Assembly: GCA_045649105.1 (NCBI GenBank)
Contig: JAZRPG010000022.1
Coordinates: 12,878-76,877 of the forward strand
From: Eubacteriales bacterium
GTDB lineage: Bacteria > Bacillota > Clostridia > Oscillospirales > JAAYXM01
DNA: 64,000 nucleotides
Reading direction: 5' to 3'
Shown here: in pieces, positions 61,464 to 64,000 of the stretch
Layout of the letters: every line of letters begins with the position of its first letter
Numbering within the stretch: position 1 is the stretch's first letter
Made by a program: the position numbers and the translations under genes
Notes under the pieces: model-generated
Seen by the model: the letters and a program-made list of their open reading frames with translations, nothing else
Database searches by the model: none
Told to the model about the DNA's origin: nothing

Positions 61464-61636
61464 AGTGATATTCTGTACTTTGTACAGAGTGATATTTTTG
61501 ATAAATCAAAAGTGTTATTAAAACATTTGTTTTAGTGGTATTTTATTCGCCAACAAACTGTGCGAAGCACAATATCACTGCGGAGCAATATCACTTGCAA
61601 AGCAAATACCACTCGCATAATAATGCGAATAAAACT
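61464..61636. repeat. array of 4 AGTGATATT-like boxes then 4 inverted AATATCACT-like boxes, separated by mini-hairpins
   Basis: Boxes at 61464, 61488, 61511, 61534 and 61571, 61587, 61605, 61628; spacers are short palindromes. Confidence 0.9.
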
Positions 61637-61642
61637 GCCGAG

Positions 61643-61682
61643 TGTCCTTAGGAACACTCGGCATACGGGTCGGGATGTTTTT
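61643..61682 (-). repeat. right ~40-bp inverted repeat of islet
   Basis: Reverse complement AAAAACATCCCGACCCGTATGCCGAGTGTTCCTAAGGACA matches 60067-60107. Confidence 0.8.
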
Positions 61683-61704
61683 AAGAATCCGAATATTTAT
61701 GAGG

Positions 61705-62532
61705 TTAAAACAGCTTGTGAAGCAACGGTTCAAACGCAATCCCGTCCAGGCGTGAAACGCCGAGAGAGGAAGAGTAATTTACCGCGGCTTTCAGAAATGA
61801 GGTCGCGCGGCGGACGGCGCGAGAAAGAGATGTGCCGTTTATAATATATCCGCACAGAAGAGATGCAAACAGGTCACCCGTGCCGCAATATTCCCCGTCT
61901 ATGTAGCGCGCGGAAGCGCAGAAGCGTTTGCCGCTTTCGGTATCGATTGCGAGGTTGCATACATGGTTTTTGCGACGGACCCCGGTCACGACTGCTTTTT
62001 TTGCACCGACAGATGCGGCAAGCTCAAATATTTTTTCATCATCGCAGTTGCACAAATTCTTGTACGGAACACCGGTCAGAAAGCTGAGCTCTGTAAGGTT
62101 CGGCGTTATTATATCCGCTCTTGCGGAGAGCTCGCGCATTTTCTCTACCAGATTCGCTGTGTATGTGGGGTACAGCTTGCCGTGGTCGCCCATCACGGGG
62201 TCGACAAATAAAAGAGTATCAGAGCTTTTGAATTTTTCGATAAACATGTTTATAATGTCAACCTGACGCTCGCTTCCCAGAAAGCCGGTATATATTCCGT
62301 CAAAACGGAGATTGAGCTTTTCCCAGTTTTTGAGATACTGCTCCATATTGTCTGTGAAGTCGGAGAAATAATATTCATTAAAGCCCGTATGGTTTGAAAG
62401 AATTGCCGTAGGCAGAGGACATGCGCGCACGCGCAGTGCGCTCAGTACCGGGAGAGATACCGTGAGCGCACATCTGCCGAATCCCGACAGGTCGTTTATT
62501 ACGGCGCAGTTTTTGAGAATTGCGGATTTCAG
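61705..62532 (-). CDS. pdxK: pyridoxal/pyridoxamine kinase (probable CTG start)
   Basis: In-frame extension gives AVINDLSGFGRCAL; PTAILSNHTG, YTGFLG, VDPVMGDHG, ITPNLTE, GTGDLFAS. Confidence 0.88.
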   Translation of the reverse strand: MKSAILKNCAVINDLSGFGRCALTVSLPVLSALRVRACPLPTAILSNHTGFNEYYFSDFTDNMEQYLKNWEKLNLRFDGIYTGFLGSERQVDIINMFIEKFKSSDTLLFVDPVMGDHGKLYPTYTANLVEKMRELSARADIITPNLTELSFLTGVPYKNLCNCDDEKIFELAASVGAKKAVVTGVRRKNHVCNLAIDTESGKRFCASARYIDGEYCGTGDLFASLLCGYIINGTSLSRAVRRATSFLKAAVNYSSSLGVSRLDGIAFEPLLHKLF

Positions 62533-62629
62533 CAGAGTCGCCCCCTTTTTTTGGAGTTCAAATTAAAGTAATTATACACCGAATCCGACACTGTGCGCAA
62601 GTGCAAAAATAAAAAACGCATTCTGTAAA

Positions 62630-62656
62630 AAAGAGGCTGCAAAATGCAGCCTCTTT
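62630..62656 (-). terminator. terminator after pntB
   Basis: AAAGAGGCTGCA-AAA-TGCAGCCTCTTT. Confidence 0.7.
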
Positions 62657-62668
62657 CATGTGTGCGGT

Positions 62669-64000
62669 TTAGAATGCGTTTATGAGATTTCCGACGGTTT
62701 CTTTCGCGTCACCGAGCATCATAATTGTTTTATCGTTGTTATAGAGCGGATTGGGCACGCCTGCATATCCGGGCTTTTCGTCGAAATTGCAGACGATGAT
62801 GTGCTTTGCATCGGCAGCGTTCAGCACGGGCATGCCGTAAATCGGAGTTCCCTCGGCAGTGTTCGCCGCGGGGTTAACAACATCGTTTGCGCCGATGATG
62901 ATTGCTGCGTCGCAATCTGCAAATTCTCCGTTAATGGCGTCCATTTCGTAAAGCTTATCATACGGAACATCGACCTCGCAGAGAAGAACATTCATATGTC
63001 CGGGCATTCTTCCTGCAACGGGGTGAATGGCGAATTTAACTTCAATGCCACGCTCCTCAAGCTTGTCGGAAAGGCTTTTGACAACGCTTTGAGCCTGCGC
63101 AAGCGCCATGCCGTAGCCGGGAACAATCATTACTTTCTTTGCGTTGTTTAAAATATCGCCGATACTTGCTGAAGCTTTTTCTTCAGCTTTTTCTTCAGCT
63201 TTTTCTTCCTGCTGTTCTTTGACCTTTACGGCAACCGCCTTTTTGACAGTGCCGCCAACAAGAATGTTTATAAGGCTTCTGTTCATCGCCTTGCACATAA
63301 TTTGTGTAAGGAGAAGTCCCGAAGCACCTACAATTCCGCCGATTGCAACAAGTAACGGGTCGTTTACGGCAATGCCTGCAATACCGCCCGCAACACCGCT
63401 TAAGGAGTTAAGAAGCGAAATTGTAATGGGCATATCCGCGCCGCCGACGCGAATAGCAAAGGCAACGCCGAAAAACGCTGAAAGAAGGCTTATGAGCCAA
63501 GCGGGAGCTTTGATTACAACTGCAATGACAGTTAAAATAATTGTTATTGCAATTATTCCGGTATGGAACTTCCATACAACGGGCTTTTGCGGCAAAAGCT
63601 TATGAAGCTTACCTGCTGCCACAACGCTTCCCGTAAATGTTACAAAGCCTACTACCAGAGCTGTTTCACCGACAAAAACCGCAAACATATCTCCGCCTGC
63701 CTGATTTATTGTCAGAATAGCAACAAGCGCGCTTGCAAGACCGCCGAGCCCGTTTAAAAGGGCGACTGCCTGGGGCATCTGAATCATTTTGACCTTGACG
63801 GCACCTATGATACCGATTACCGTACCGATTGCAATGCCGAGCCATGCCTGCCAGGCGGTGAGTATCTCAGCGTTGTAAAGAACAACTGCCATTGCAGCTG
63901 CGGTACAAATTGCAGAAAGAGTATTACCCATATTGGCGGTTTTGACTTTACTCATCATACTGATGCCGAGCAAAACACCTAAAACGAGGACTGCACTTAT
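62669..64000 (-). CDS. pntB: NAD(P)+ transhydrogenase beta subunit (5' end beyond window)
   Basis: MIQMPQ, GGADMPITISLLNS, MCKAMNRS, VPGYGMA, IHPVAGRMPGHMNVLL, GANDVVNP; frame open to 64000. Confidence 0.95.
   Translation of the reverse strand: MSAVLVLGVLLGISMMSKVKTANMGNTLSAICTAAAMAVVLYNAEILTAWQAWLGIAIGTVIGIIGAVKVKMIQMPQAVALLNGLGGLASALVAILTINQAGGDMFAVFVGETALVVGFVTFTGSVVAAGKLHKLLPQKPVVWKFHTGIIAITIILTVIAVVIKAPAWLISLLSAFFGVAFAIRVGGADMPITISLLNSLSGVAGGIAGIAVNDPLLVAIGGIVGASGLLLTQIMCKAMNRSLINILVGGTVKKAVAVKVKEQQEEKAEEKAEEKASASIGDILNNAKKVMIVPGYGMALAQAQSVVKSLSDKLEERGIEVKFAIHPVAGRMPGHMNVLLCEVDVPYDKLYEMDAINGEFADCDAAIIIGANDVVNPAANTAEGTPIYGMPVLNAADAKHIIVCNFDEKPGYAGVPNPLYNNDKTIMMLGDAKETVGNLINAF

Noticed and set aside
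61464-61636. Array as a CRISPR or a DGR component
   Set aside because: Repeats are only 9 bp, switch orientation and mostly have 7-15 bp palindromic spacers; no cas, reverse transcriptase or TR/VR pair is visible in the window
63170-63207. 12-bp tandem repeat in pntB
   Set aside because: Encodes the EEKA-repeat linker between membrane and NADP-binding domains; in frame and unremarkable

Overview
Chromosomal window from a Clostridia-type Firmicute (inferred from gene content: sporulation-type PdaA and LysM-GH18, DnaD/DnaC, MecA-like, NfnAB-Rex). Most of it is housekeeping: hemW, ACT/DUF711, tadA, sulP, prmA, rnpB, purC, nfnAB-rex, amino-acid and polyamine ABC transporters, dgt-dnaG-rpoD, a Gld-like ABC system, hisS-aspS, pdxK and pntB. 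Three AT-richer accessory patches stand out. (1) Both tRNA-Ser genes (GCT at 6707-6799, TGA at 24133-24221) are followed by the same ~122-bp structured non-coding element, whose ends are copied from the T-arm and CCA end of the particular tRNA it sits beside. (2) Downstream of tRNA-Ser(TGA) lies a five-gene dlt/alg-like acylation cluster (DHHW/SGNH protein, MBOAT, carrier protein, acyl-AMP ligase, SLC13 permease). (3) A 1.6-kb islet at 60067-61682 is bounded by ~40-bp inverted repeats. It holds a four-helix-bundle (IVP/Avd-like) gene preceded by an array of AGTGATATT/AATATCACT boxes separated by mini-hairpins, and a ~205-nt structured leader RNA in front of a small membrane-protein gene. No integrase, transposase, reverse transcriptase or cas gene is visible. 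All calls come from reading sequence and motifs by eye; no database search or folding program was run, and GC differences are visual impressions.
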